NCBI GenBank assembly: GCA_035651955.1 | Contig: DASRES010000024.1 | Location: 12,482 to 76,481, forward strand | Direction of reading: 5' to 3' | Origin: Acidimicrobiia bacterium | GTDB taxonomy: Bacteria > Actinomycetota > Acidimicrobiia > IMCC26256 > JAMXLJ01 | Length of the DNA: 64,000 nt | In this document: one piece after another, positions 48,710 through 59,844 of the stretch | Layout of the letters: each line of letters starts with the position of its first letter | Numbering within the stretch: the stretch's first letter is position 1 | Made by a program: the position numbers and the translations under genes | Notes under the pieces: generated by a model | Told to the model about the DNA's origin: nothing | Seen by the model: the letters and a program-made list of their open reading frames with translations, nothing else | The model's database searches: none

Positions 48710-49756
48710 CTACCGCGCGAGCTCGGCCTTCAGCTGGCTGATCGTGTCGATCGGGCCGGGGTCGACGTCGTTGCGTAGCGCGAGGTAGCAGCTGGTCCAG
48801 TCGCCGACGTACATCAGGTCGAGGAGCTGCGCGAGACGCCCCTCCCCTGCCGCGCGCACCTCGAGCACCTGGTGCACGGCCTCCTCGACGATCGCGCGGG
48901 TCACCTCGAACCGACGCGACAGCTGCTCGTGCTCGAAGCCGTGGCGCAGCTCGACGAGCGTGAACAGCTGGCGCGTGATGTCGCCGTGCTGACCCCACGC
49001 GCAGATCTCGTTGTGGTCGAGCTCCGGGTACGCGTTCCAGAACGCGGGCGCCTTCGCGTTCTCGTTGACGTCGGCCTTCCACCGCATCGCCGCGACGCCG
49101 CCGAGGGCACCGCCGCCGTACACGATCGGGATCGTGCGGTCGATCCTGCGTGCGAGCTCGCGCGCGACGTTCGCGGAACCTTCCACCGATGGGACGCACG
49201 TGTCGCGACGCGCGGCGAGCTGGTCCTGCGCGGCGACGAGCCACCGATGCGCGTCGGGCAGCAGCCCCATGCGGAACAGGGTGACGAAGACCGGGGCGAC
49301 GAGCGCGCCCAGCGCGGCACGCGGCATCAGGCCCTCGGGACAGGCGATGTGGAGCGCGCCCGCGTCGCTCGCGAGCTGCGCGAGCGCGCCGCCGGCCGAC
49401 ACCGCGACGAGGCGCGCGCCCGCGTCGAGCGCACCGCGCGCCATCGACAGCGTCTCCTCCGTGCCGCCCGAGTACGACAGCGCGAACGCGAGTGTCGACG
49501 GCCCGACGAAGCGCGGGGTGCGGATCTGCTTGAGCACCGTCACGGGGTACGACAGCGCGGCGTTCGCGCTCGCGGCGAGGACGTCACCCGCGATGCCGGA
49601 CCCGCCCATGCCGAGGACGACGACGTTGGTCAGCCCGTCCGCGCTCGGGAACCGTTCGACGTCGATGGCCCCCGCGGCGCGGTGCGCGGCCTCGAGCTGC
49701 TCGGGGAGGCCGGCGACCGACCCGAGGAAGTCGAGCGAGTCGCCCGTGACAGCCAC
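48710..49756 (-). CDS. SIS-domain bifunctional phosphoglucose/phosphomannose isomerase-like protein
   Basis: VVVLGMGGSGIAGDVLAA...ALSYSGGTEETL are SIS motifs. It sits between manB and ahcY. Confidence 0.8.
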   Translation of the reverse strand: MAVTGDSLDFLGSVAGLPEQLEAAHRAAGAIDVERFPSADGLTNVVVLGMGGSGIAGDVLAASANAALSYPVTVLKQIRTPRFVGPSTLAFALSYSGGTEETLSMARGALDAGARLVAVSAGGALAQLASDAGALHIACPEGLMPRAALGALVAPVFVTLFRMGLLPDAHRWLVAAQDQLAARRDTCVPSVEGSANVARELARRIDRTIPIVYGGGALGGVAAMRWKADVNENAKAPAFWNAYPELDHNEICAWGQHGDITRQLFTLVELRHGFEHEQLSRRFEVTRAIVEEAVHQVLEVRAAGEGRLAQLLDLMYVGDWTSCYLALRNDVDPGPIDTISQLKAELAR

Positions 49757-49759
49757 GGA

Positions 49760-49999
49760 CTATGCCTCGAACGTCGGCTTGATCCCCTCGGACTCGGCCT
49801 TGGCCATGAGCCGCTGGTGCTCGGCGTCGTCGACCGTCTCGGCCTCGTCGATCAGCATGATCGGGATGTCGTCGCGCACCGCGTACCGGCGCTTGAGCCG
49901 CGGGTTGTACAGCGCCGACTCGTCCTCGAAGTAGAGCAACGGCCCCTTGTCCTCGGGGCAGGCGAGGATGTCGAGCAACTGCGGGTCGAGCGCCATCAC
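49760..49999 (-). CDS. Trm112 family small zinc-finger-fold protein
   Basis: LLDILACPEDKGPLLYFEDESALYNPRLKRRYAVRDDIPIMLIDEA. The ATG at 49996 has a GAAGGAG SD and is probably the true start. Confidence 0.85.
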   Translation of the reverse strand: MMALDPQLLDILACPEDKGPLLYFEDESALYNPRLKRRYAVRDDIPIMLIDEAETVDDAEHQRLMAKAESEGIKPTFEA

Positions 50000-50063
50000 G
50001 GCTCCTTCGAGGACGTCGACGAGGCGGGGCGGTCGCGCAGACTACGCATCGCGGGCGAGCCCT

Positions 50064-50098
50064 GGTGGATTCGACACCCGTGCGGTGTCCGATCCACC
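50064..50098 (-). terminator. Hairpin GGTGGATTCGACACC-cgtgc-GGTGTCCGATCCACC (13/15 paired)
   Basis: It lies 25 nt downstream of the manB stop and has no U-tract. It is either a factor-independent-like terminator or an RNA-stability element. Confidence 0.4.
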
Positions 50099-50122
50099 AA
50101 AGCTCGTCGGGGTGGGTCGAGG

Positions 50123-51493
50123 TCAGGCGCGGCGGATGTGGGCGAGCACCTCGGCCGTGTGCTGCTCGACGGCCCGCTGGTCGGGCGCCTCGAGGTTGAG
50201 TCGCAGCAACGGCTCGGTGTTGCTCGGCCGCAGGTTGAACCACCAGTCGCCGAGGTCGACCGTCAAGCCGTCGAGGCGGTCCTGGCGCGCACCCGCGTAC
50301 GCCGACGCGACCTCGTCGATCACCCCGTTCGGGTCGGGGACCTCCGTGTTGATCTCGCCCGACTGCGCGTACGGCTCGAACGGCTTGCGCAGCTCCGACA
50401 GCGGCCGGTCCGCGCGGGAGAGCTGCTCGAGCACCATCAGCGCGGCGATCGATCCGGAGTCCGCCCGCCAGTTGTCGCGGAAGTAGTAGTGCGCGGAGTG
50501 CTCGCCGCCGAAGATCGCGCCGGTCTCGGCCATCACCTGCTTGATGAACGAGTGGCCGACGCGCGTCCGCACGGGTGTGCCACCCATCTTCTCGACGAGC
50601 TCCGGCACCGCCTTCGACACGATCAGGTTGTGCACGATCGTCTCGCCCGGGTGCCGCTCGAGGATGGCCTTGGCGACGATCGCCGTGGTCGTCGAACCTG
50701 AGACGGGCTGCCCGCGGTCGTCGACGAGGAAGACGCGGTCGGCGTCGCCGTCGAACGCGAGGCCGACGTCCGCACCGCGATCGAGGACCGCGCGCTGCAG
50801 GTCCTTCAGGTTCTCCGGCTGGATCGGGTCGGCGGGGTGGTTCGGGAACGTGCCGTCGAGCTCGGGGTACAGGACGGTCAGGTCGAAGGGCAGACCGTCG
50901 AACACCGCGGGGACGACGAGGCCGCCCATCCCGTTCGCGGTGTCGGCGACGACGACGAGCGGGCGCAGGGCATCGACGTCCACGAAGGACCGGACGTGCT
51001 GGGCGAAGTCGTCCAGCATGTCGACCTGCTCCGCCCGCCCGACCTCCTCGGCCCGCTCGAGCAGGCCGCCCTCGACCGCGGCCTTGATCTGCCCGAGCCC
51101 CGTGTCCTGGCCGATCGGCGCCGCGCCAGCGCGGCAGAGCTTGATGCCGTTGTAGCGGGCCGGGTTGTGGCTCGCGGTGAACATCGCGGCGGGAGCGTCG
51201 AGCCGGCCCGCCGCGAAGTAGCACATGTCGGTCGACGCGAGGCCGAGATCGGTCACGTCCGCGCCGGCCATCGTCGCCCCTTCGACGAACGCGGCGCTGA
51301 GCGGCTCCGACGAGGGCCGCATGTCGCGGCCGACGATCACGCGGGCCGCGCCGGTGAACCGGACGAAGGCGTTCCCGACCCGGCGGGCGACCTGCTCGTC
51401 GAGCTGGTCGGGGTAGACGCCCCGGACGTCGTAGGCCTTGAAGATCGCGTCGAGGTCGGAGGGCACGGCACGCTCCTGTGCGTGGGGACCCAT
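50123..51493 (-). CDS. manB: Phosphomannomutase/phosphoglucomutase
   Basis: The ATG at 51493 gives MGPHAQERAVPSDLDAIFKAYDVRGVYP... The active-site loop is FTASHNPARYNG. The remainder of track ORF 50123..53833 is out of frame with the real upstream gene. Confidence 0.95.
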   Translation of the reverse strand: MGPHAQERAVPSDLDAIFKAYDVRGVYPDQLDEQVARRVGNAFVRFTGAARVIVGRDMRPSSEPLSAAFVEGATMAGADVTDLGLASTDMCYFAAGRLDAPAAMFTASHNPARYNGIKLCRAGAAPIGQDTGLGQIKAAVEGGLLERAEEVGRAEQVDMLDDFAQHVRSFVDVDALRPLVVVADTANGMGGLVVPAVFDGLPFDLTVLYPELDGTFPNHPADPIQPENLKDLQRAVLDRGADVGLAFDGDADRVFLVDDRGQPVSGSTTTAIVAKAILERHPGETIVHNLIVSKAVPELVEKMGGTPVRTRVGHSFIKQVMAETGAIFGGEHSAHYYFRDNWRADSGSIAALMVLEQLSRADRPLSELRKPFEPYAQSGEINTEVPDPNGVIDEVASAYAGARQDRLDGLTVDLGDWWFNLRPSNTEPLLRLNLEAPDQRAVEQHTAEVLAHIRRA

Positions 51494-54027
51494 CAATGTA
51501 CCCACCCTGTCGAAGGGGTTTCGCCGCTTTCGCGCAGTTCGCCGGGGCCGTCGGCGCCGCCGCCGTCGCCACTCCGGCGACGGCGCAGGCGGGCGACGAA
51601 CACCGGGACGACGGGCTCCGGGTGCCAGCGGGCCAGGAGCGCGAGGGCGGCGAGCCCGAGGAGCGTGACGACGATCCCCACCCACTCGACGCCCGTGCGC
51701 GTGTAGTGCAGCGAGACGTCGTGGCTCGTCGGGACGACCACCATGAGGTTCGGTGTGAGCCGCCACGGACCCGACGCGCCGGTCGCCTTCCAGTTGGGGA
51801 AGTAGGAGACCTTCACGACGACCGGTACGCCCGTGCGCGAGACGTGGAAGTGCACGGAGCTGTTCGTCGTGCGGACGTTCGTGACCGTGACGTGCGGGAG
51901 CGGCCGGCCGAGCGCGGTGGTGTCGGCGACGGCCGCGGGCGCCCGCCGCCACGACGACGGCCCGTCCGCGGCGAGCGGGCGGTCGAGGTTCGTCGCCTGG
52001 TCGAACCAGCCCGCCGCGAGGCACTCCCACGGGTCGAGGTGCACTGCCGGGGTGCCGGCCTGCGGCGCAGTCCCGTAGCACTGCGCGGTCGTCCCCCGCT
52101 TGGGGTTCGTCGCGACGACGGGCTGGTACGCGAGCCCCTGGACGAGCGGCGCGTCGCGCACCTCGTAGATGCTCCAGCCGAGCGGCAGCCTGTTGTCGAG
52201 ATCGGGGACCGTCGCGACCCGCCGGAGGTCCGTCGTGTCGGCGTCGGCGGCCGCCTTCGCCTCGGTGGAGTACGCCATGTAGTAGCGGACGCCCAGGACG
52301 CGCAGGTACTGCACCCCGAGGCGGAAGTCGGCGATCGACTTGTACTCGAGCCCGCGCACCGGGTTCGACGCGTTGCCCGGACCGGACAGCGCGGAGACGG
52401 CGACGAAGTGGTACGGCGTCGTCGCGGACGACTCGAAGTAGAGGCCCTCCATCGAGTCGATGCGCCCGTGCGTGAAGTACGGCAGCAGCTCGAGCGCGAG
52501 CGGGGTGCCGTAGCGGTCGATCGCGCTCCCGCCCTCCCACGTCGCACGCCCGGGCGGCAGCGCGTCCATCGTGTCGACCAGCTTCCGGAACTCGGGGTAC
52601 GCCTTGCCCGCCTTCCCCGTCGTCTGCTGGTAGCCCGTGTAGTTCCACTCGGCCCAGAACGGCAGGAACCCGCGCGTCTGCTGCACCCGCACGAGCGCGG
52701 CGAGCGCGGTCACCGCGACGAGGCCAACGGCGACGATCGGCGTGATGCGCGGGCGCGGCGGCGCGATCGCCCGGGTCGCGAACGTCGCGAGCGCGAGGAG
52801 GATCTCTGCTGCGCCGAGCGCCGCGAGGAGGAACAGGCCCAGGTACCAGAAGGGCAGGAACCGCAGGTTCCAGGCGTGCGACTGGGGCCAGAACCGGAAG
52901 ACCAGACCGAACGCGACCGTCATCGCCAGCACGATGAACGTGGACCGGCGCATCCGCACGACGCCGATGACGATCGCGACGACGCCGAGCGCGAAGACCC
53001 ACCAGAAGTAGCGCGGGAAGAGGAAGAGCGCGTACTGGTCGAGCCGCTCGTAGTTCATGTTCGTCGTGTAGCGCAGGGTCGCGACGAGCGGCAGCGACCA
53101 GAACGCGGTCAGCGCACCGGCGACGCCGGCGATCGCGACCATGACGCGCAGGTTGACCGCCGGTCGGTATGCGAGCCAGACGATCAGCGCGCCGACCGCG
53201 ACGAAGATGCCCACGACGAGGTGGCTGAGCACGGTCGCGGCGATGAGCGCCGCGGGCAGGGCGAAGTTGGCGCGCTTGCCGTTCCGTCCGATCCGATTGT
53301 CGAGCGCGCGTGCGAGCGCGGCGAGCGCGAACAGCCCGAGCGCAACGGCGATGCCGAACGAGAACTCGCCCGCGAGGTTGCTCGCCAGCGTGAGCCCCAT
53401 GATGTGCTGGTCGAACGCGGCCGTCTTGCTCGCCGGGTGCAGCCGCGGATCGCCTTTGAAGAAGATGAGGACGACGCTCGCAACCGATGCCAGTGGCGCC
53501 GCGATGCGAGGCGCACGGATCGAGCGGACGAACGCGTACGCGGCGACGGGCAGCAGGACGGGCCCGAGCGCCGTCACGAGCTTGAACGCGACGTTGTACG
53601 GCAGGACGACGTTCAGGACGATGATCGCCAGCGCGGGCAGCGGGAAGTAGAACTGACCGACCGGGAAGCCCGCGTACCAGTCGGGCGCCCAGCCGGCGAC
53701 GCGGAGGTGCGGCAGCAGGTTGTCGCGGACGTACGCCGGCCACCACACGTGCGCGCCCATGTCGCCGCCGTTCGGCGTCGTGTTGCGCAGCAGCAGGTCG
53801 GGCCGCTGCTGCCACAGCACGTACACGACGCATGCGGCGACGATCGCGAACGTCAGGATCCGCTCGACCAGCCGGAGCGTCCGGGCGCGCTCGGATTCCG
53901 GCTCGCGGGCGTCCAGCTCCCCGGCGGCGGCCGCGGGCGCGGCGGTCGCGGGCGCGACAGGATGCGGTGCGGGCTCTGCGTCCGCCTCCGGCTCGGAGGA
54001 CGCCGGCGGGGGGCTCACACCCGCCAT
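51493..54027 (-). CDS. Large polytopic membrane protein with C-terminal extracytoplasmic domain (GT-C-like glycosyltransferase candidate)
   Basis: The likely start is the ATG at 54027 (MAGVSPPPASS...). More than 12 TM segments are followed by a roughly 330-aa soluble domain (...VKVSYFPNWKATGASGPW...) and a final TM helix. Its stop shares 1 nt with the manB ATG. Confidence 0.75.
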   Translation of the reverse strand: MAGVSPPPASSEPEADAEPAPHPVAPATAAPAAAAGELDAREPESERARTLRLVERILTFAIVAACVVYVLWQQRPDLLLRNTTPNGGDMGAHVWWPAYVRDNLLPHLRVAGWAPDWYAGFPVGQFYFPLPALAIIVLNVVLPYNVAFKLVTALGPVLLPVAAYAFVRSIRAPRIAAPLASVASVVLIFFKGDPRLHPASKTAAFDQHIMGLTLASNLAGEFSFGIAVALGLFALAALARALDNRIGRNGKRANFALPAALIAATVLSHLVVGIFVAVGALIVWLAYRPAVNLRVMVAIAGVAGALTAFWSLPLVATLRYTTNMNYERLDQYALFLFPRYFWWVFALGVVAIVIGVVRMRRSTFIVLAMTVAFGLVFRFWPQSHAWNLRFLPFWYLGLFLLAALGAAEILLALATFATRAIAPPRPRITPIVAVGLVAVTALAALVRVQQTRGFLPFWAEWNYTGYQQTTGKAGKAYPEFRKLVDTMDALPPGRATWEGGSAIDRYGTPLALELLPYFTHGRIDSMEGLYFESSATTPYHFVAVSALSGPGNASNPVRGLEYKSIADFRLGVQYLRVLGVRYYMAYSTEAKAAADADTTDLRRVATVPDLDNRLPLGWSIYEVRDAPLVQGLAYQPVVATNPKRGTTAQCYGTAPQAGTPAVHLDPWECLAAGWFDQATNLDRPLAADGPSSWRRAPAAVADTTALGRPLPHVTVTNVRTTNSSVHFHVSRTGVPVVVKVSYFPNWKATGASGPWRLTPNLMVVVPTSHDVSLHYTRTGVEWVGIVVTLLGLAALALLARWHPEPVVPVFVARLRRRRSGDGGGADGPGELRESGETPSTGWVH

Positions 54028-54030
54028 CCT

Positions 54031-54067
54031 TGCAGCCCGCCTGCGCGTTCCGGCTGCAGGAACGCGC
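54031..54067 (-). promoter_or_regulatory. Possible RBS-occluding pseudoknot
   Basis: A 9-bp stem forms between 54043-54051 and 54059-54067 (GCGCGTTCC/GGAACGCGC). Its 7-nt loop (54052-54058) is perfectly complementary to 54031-54037, which lies 3 nt upstream of the ATG at 54027. Confidence 0.35.
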
Positions 54068-54089
54068 ACGCGCGCGGAGCCGGACGCGA

Positions 54090-54123
54090 CAGGAGGTGCG
54101 GCCCCGTCGGACCGCACCTCCTG
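54090..54123 (-). other. Perfect 12-bp hairpin CAGGAGGTGCGG-N10-CCGCACCTCCTG
   Basis: Seen directly in the sequence, within the 289-nt gap. It could terminate the upstream small gene or be part of a structured leader. Confidence 0.5.
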
Positions 54124-54275
54124 GATGCCGTCGCCGTGCCGGCGTTGGCGTCTCCTGGTCGCGAGACCGGGTGGCCGGTCTTGTGGGCCACCCGTCGCCA
54201 CCGCGGACGGTGGCTCCAGGACACGTCGTCGCCGATGCATCCGGGGGGACGAGCGCACCGGCCGTGCCGGCGTCG

Positions 54276-54333
54276 GCGAGGGACTCGCGGGCTCAGCGAG
54301 GGACTCGCGCCGTCTCTCAGCGAGGGACTCGCG
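54276..54333. repeat. Three tandem copies of GCGAGGGACTCGCG (mini-hairpin GCGAG-GGA-CTCGC), spacing 20 and 24 nt
   Basis: The copies start at 54276, 54296 and 54320. Copies 2 and 3 share the 18-mer CTCAGCGAGGGACTCGCG. The stop codon of the 56-aa gene (54317-54319) lies inside copy 3. Confidence 0.8.
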
Positions 54334-54487
54334 CGAGGTCGAGGACCCGCTGGAGGGAGACGTGCCCCTCGGCGCTCTCCCAACCCTGGGCCTCGCACTT
54401 GCCGCAGCGGCGGAACACCAGATCCGCCTCGCCGACCCGCATCCGGATCTCGACCAGGCTCCCCTTCGCACACCTCGCGCAACGCAT
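54317..54487 (-). CDS. 56-aa zinc-ribbon protein (MRCARCAKG...CGKCEAQGW)
   Basis: It is the C-terminal part of track ORF 54317..55165. It has CxxC-N20-CxxC spacing and G/C-rich third positions. Confidence 0.5.
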   Translation of the reverse strand: MRCARCAKGSLVEIRMRVGEADLVFRRCGKCEAQGWESAEGHVSLQRVLDLARVPR

Positions 54488-54577
54488 CGCGTCGACCTCC
54501 CCGTCGTCCGTCCCACACCGGGGATCGGCGGTCGCCGGCTCGCGGCTTGAGGATGATCCGGGGATGATTTGGGCGCC

Positions 54578-54630
54578 GGAGCGGCGAGCGGCCGCGAGCC
54601 GGGTATCCCGGCGAGCAGCGAGCGCGACCA
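54578..54630. repeat. 53-nt dispersed element, copy B (inverted relative to copy A)
   Basis: The reverse complement matches 46953-47005 at 48/53 positions. The flanks are identical (16 nt and 13 nt) and the central hairpin is imperfect. It lies 16 nt downstream of the CPBP protease stop. Confidence 0.8.
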
Positions 54631-54645
54631 CGCGAACGGTGCAGG

Positions 54646-55380
54646 TCAGCGGCTCGTCAGGACCGAGACGACGGTCAGCAGGTTGAAGCCGGCGTGCAGC
54701 GCGATCGACCGCGAGAGGCCGCCGGTCCGGACTGCCTCGTAGCCCGAGAGCAGCCCGAGCGCGAAGAGCGCCGGGACGGCGACGACCGTCCCGAGCGACG
54801 GGTCGAGCAACGGGTGCACGACCGCGAACACGAGGGCGGACACCGTGACTGCCGAACCGGGCGGGATGCGACGCAGCAGCCCGCGCAGGAGCATCCCGCG
54901 GAAGAGGAGCTCCTCGACCGTCGGCGCGACCAGCAGCACGCCGATCACGAACAAGGCCGTCTCGCCACCGGTGCTCGCCTTGAAGGTGTCGACGACGGCC
55001 TGCCCGCTGTTCGACGGCAGGAGCTGGTTCAACGGGTACAGCGCGGCGGCCGCGAGGTACGCGAGGACGACGCCGCCGACGACCCAGCCCGAGTCGCGCC
55101 AGTCCCAGCGGAACCCGAAGTCCGTCGTGAGGGACCGCCGGCCCTTCGCGTTGCTGATCCACCACGCGACGCCGAGCGACACGAACGACTGGACGAACAG
55201 CGCGACGACCGTCGACGCGACGTCGTCACGCTTCGGCGCGCCGGCCGCCGGTGCGAACGGCGCGGCCGCGATCGCACCCACGATGACGCCCGCGATCCAC
55301 GCGATGCCGAAGTCCGGGATGCCCCAGCGCAGGACCGTCCCGCCGGGGACGGGAGGCGGCGGGCGGCGGTCGACGGCCAC
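54646..55380 (-). CDS. CPBP family intramembrane glutamic endopeptidase (CAAX protease-like)
   Basis: EELLFRG motif plus FAVVHP. It is a multi-TM protein of 244 aa. Confidence 0.85.
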   Translation of the reverse strand: MAVDRRPPPPVPGGTVLRWGIPDFGIAWIAGVIVGAIAAAPFAPAAGAPKRDDVASTVVALFVQSFVSLGVAWWISNAKGRRSLTTDFGFRWDWRDSGWVVGGVVLAYLAAAALYPLNQLLPSNSGQAVVDTFKASTGGETALFVIGVLLVAPTVEELLFRGMLLRGLLRRIPPGSAVTVSALVFAVVHPLLDPSLGTVVAVPALFALGLLSGYEAVRTGGLSRSIALHAGFNLLTVVSVLTSR

Positions 55381-55431
55381 GGACGCCGAGGGTACCGACG
55401 AACGTCGCGGCGAACCCGTCGCGGGATTCGC

Positions 55432-55647
55432 TCAGGGAAGTCGGCGGTCGACGAGGTGCCAGCCGTGCGGAACCTGCACGCGCGCGCTGTGCAGGTCGCA
55501 CAGGTCGTAACGCGACGGGTCGCGCTCGGCCGCGAGCTCCTCGACCCAGACGGAGCTCGAGGCGTAGTGGTACGTGAGCGACGCGCTGGCGGCGCGGGCG
55601 CACTCCGGCCGCGCGCACAAGCGGGTCGTGGCGGACCGGATCGGCAC
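55432..55647 (-). CDS. DUF3499 family protein (short)
   Basis: ...RLCARPECARAASASLTYHYASSSVWVEELAAERDPSRYDLCDLHSARVQVPHGWHLVDRR matches the DUF3499 pattern. The start is assigned to the GTG at 55647 and is uncertain. Confidence 0.6.
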   Translation of the reverse strand: MPIRSATTRLCARPECARAASASLTYHYASSSVWVEELAAERDPSRYDLCDLHSARVQVPHGWHLVDRRLP

Positions 55648-55886
55648 GGCGCGGGAACATAGTGCGCGACGCGCGCCGGCACGGGGACCTCGAGACCGAC
55701 CGCGTCGTGCGTCGCGGACCGAGCGGCGGGGAACAAATCGTGCACGGACGGTCGTTGGACGCGGCGACTCCAGTTCGCGTCCTCCGTCGTGGGCGTGGTG
55801 CGCGGGACCAGCCGGGTACCGGGTCCGCCCTACCATGGGTGCGACGGGGCCCGCCCGTTCCCACCCGAGGAGGCCGTCCCGCCCCC

Positions 55887-57926
<2,040 letters not shown>

Positions 57927-57950
57927 GGGGGGCCCGGCCGCGCCGGCGCT

Positions 57951-58400
57951 CTACAGGACGCCGAGATCCGGTTCGGGCGTCGACCCCGGCTCGCGCGCCT
58001 CGGCGACCGCGGCCCACAGGTCGGTCGCGCTCGTCGGTCCGACGAAGCCGTGGTGCACGACCCCCGCGTGGTCCACGACGAGCACCATCGGCACGCCCGA
58101 GATCTCGTAGCGCGCGTGGAGGTCCGTGTGCGCGCCGTACTCGATGTCGCACGTCGCGACTGCGTCCGACTCGAGCACCGCGACCTTCGGCGCCATCCGC
58201 GCGCAGCTCTCGCACGTCGCCGACGAGAACAGCACGACCAGCCACGCCGCATCGGGACGCGGGAAGTCGGCGCGGTCGAGCTGACGTGGGATCGGGTACG
58301 CGTCACGCGTCGGCGGGGCGGGACGGCGCCGGTTGAGGTGCCACGCGATCGCGCACGCCGCGGCGAGCAGCACGACCGCGACGACGATGCGGACGGTCAT
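57951..58400 (-). CDS. Membrane-anchored thioredoxin-like protein (CxxC = CESC)
   Basis: The start at 58400 gives MTVRIVVAVVLLAAACAIAW..., followed by WLVVLFSSATCESCARMAP...ISGVPMVLVVD. Confidence 0.75.
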   Translation of the reverse strand: MTVRIVVAVVLLAAACAIAWHLNRRRPAPPTRDAYPIPRQLDRADFPRPDAAWLVVLFSSATCESCARMAPKVAVLESDAVATCDIEYGAHTDLHARYEISGVPMVLVVDHAGVVHHGFVGPTSATDLWAAVAEAREPGSTPEPDLGVL

Positions 58401-58428
58401 CGCTGCCCGAGCGTACCGGGACGTGCGC

Positions 58429-59844
58429 TCACGACAGATCCGGGATCCCGAGCGAGGCGGTGAGCGCGGGCGCGTGCGCGTCGACGCGCTCGGCCACGAA
58501 CGGGACGTCACCCTCGACCGTCAGCGGAGCACGCAGCGCGACACCACGCGCGCCCAGGTTGACGGTGACGCGCGCGCCGGCCGGCACGGCGACCGGGTCG
58601 CCGGTCACCGACGTCACGCCACCCGGGCCGGGCGCGAGCACACGGACGTGCAGCGTGCGGTTCGACGGGTTCACGACCGACAGCACGTCGGCCCACCCGT
58701 CGTTCACGCGACCGACGGCGAAGACCCACCGGTCGGCGGTGACCGCGGACGGCGTCACGGTGGTCGCGCTGTTCGCGGCACCGAACGCGAGCTGCCCTAC
58801 GCTGACCGGAACGTCGGACTGGACCCGGACGGAGAACCCCGTACCGGACGGGACGTGCGCGAGCAGGTCGACGCTCACGACGGACTGCGCGCCGACCGTG
58901 ATCGTCTCGGGCGACAGCTTCGCCTGGCCGTCGAGGTCGACCGCGATCCGGACGTGTGCTCCCGACGCGCCCGGGTTCGCGACGACGAGCGAGCCGCGCG
59001 CTCCTGCCGGCGTGCCCTCCGGGAACGTCCAGCGCGTCGCGACGGCCGGCGCGCCGAGCGCGAGCGTGAGACCGGCGCGGTTCGCGCTCCCGTCGAAGAG
59101 GAGCGACTGCTCGGCCACGACGCGCCCGGTTCGCGCGTGGACGATGGTGGCCACGAGGTTCTGCTTCGCGACGTCGTCGTGCACCGGCACGAGGAGCTTC
59201 GAGCGGCGCGGCACGACCAGACCCTGCAACGGGTCGGGCGCCTGTGGACCACCGTCGGTGAGGAACGTGACGTCGACGATCGCGTCGTCGCCGAACGGGT
59301 CGAACAGCGACAGCCACTGCTGCGCACCGGCCGTCGTCCCGGCCGGCAGGTACCACGTCGAGGAGGCGGACCGCGCACATGGTGTGATCGCGGCGTACGT
59401 CCCGCGCACGACGATGTGCTCGACCGCGGCGTCGCCGCCGAAGACCTCCACCACGACTCCCGGGCTCGCCACCGCCGCGATCGAGCTGACGAGGACGCGC
59501 CGCTCCTGGCCCGGTTGGACGTCGAACGCGGACGTCCCGGCGAGGCCCGGGCCGCCGCTCATCACCTCGACCTCGGCGTGCACGGGCGCGGTCCCGACGT
59601 CGGACACGACGATCGTCTCGTCCTCGGCCGTCGCGGCCGCGACGGTGCCCGCCGCGCAGTACCACGCCGCGGACAGCGAGCTCGGCGCCGGCATCGACGT
59701 CGCGGCGAGCTGGAGCTCCCGGGCGCGCGCGTCGGTCGTCGACGTCCCGCGGTGTGCCGAACCGAACGCGGCCGCCACGACGAGCAGGACGACGACGAGG
59801 ACGAGGATCGGCACGCGCGAGACACGGTGCTCGTGCCGCGTCAT
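58429..59844 (-). CDS. DUF5719-like membrane-anchored exported protein
   Basis: The start at 59844 gives MTRHEHRVSRVPILVLVVVLLVVAAAF... The rest is a beta-rich, Ala/Val/Gly-rich extracellular region. It is coupled (ATGA) to the upstream GT2 gene. The family name is from memory. Confidence 0.6.
   Translation of the reverse strand: MTRHEHRVSRVPILVLVVVLLVVAAAFGSAHRGTSTTDARARELQLAATSMPAPSSLSAAWYCAAGTVAAATAEDETIVVSDVGTAPVHAEVEVMSGGPGLAGTSAFDVQPGQERRVLVSSIAAVASPGVVVEVFGGDAAVEHIVVRGTYAAITPCARSASSTWYLPAGTTAGAQQWLSLFDPFGDDAIVDVTFLTDGGPQAPDPLQGLVVPRRSKLLVPVHDDVAKQNLVATIVHARTGRVVAEQSLLFDGSANRAGLTLALGAPAVATRWTFPEGTPAGARGSLVVANPGASGAHVRIAVDLDGQAKLSPETITVGAQSVVSVDLLAHVPSGTGFSVRVQSDVPVSVGQLAFGAANSATTVTPSAVTADRWVFAVGRVNDGWADVLSVVNPSNRTLHVRVLAPGPGGVTSVTGDPVAVPAGARVTVNLGARGVALRAPLTVEGDVPFVAERVDAHAPALTASLGIPDLS

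Noticed and set aside
50123-53833. A 1236-aa ORF that suggests a giant ManB fusion.
   Set aside because: Only the last 456 codons (from the ATG at 51493) look like phosphomannomutase. The upstream part overlaps, in another frame, the real membrane-protein gene (51493..54027).
54276-54333. The tandem repeats as a CRISPR array.
   Set aside because: There are only three 14-18-nt units with 6-10-nt spacers and no cas genes. The unit itself is a tiny hairpin. This is not CRISPR architecture.
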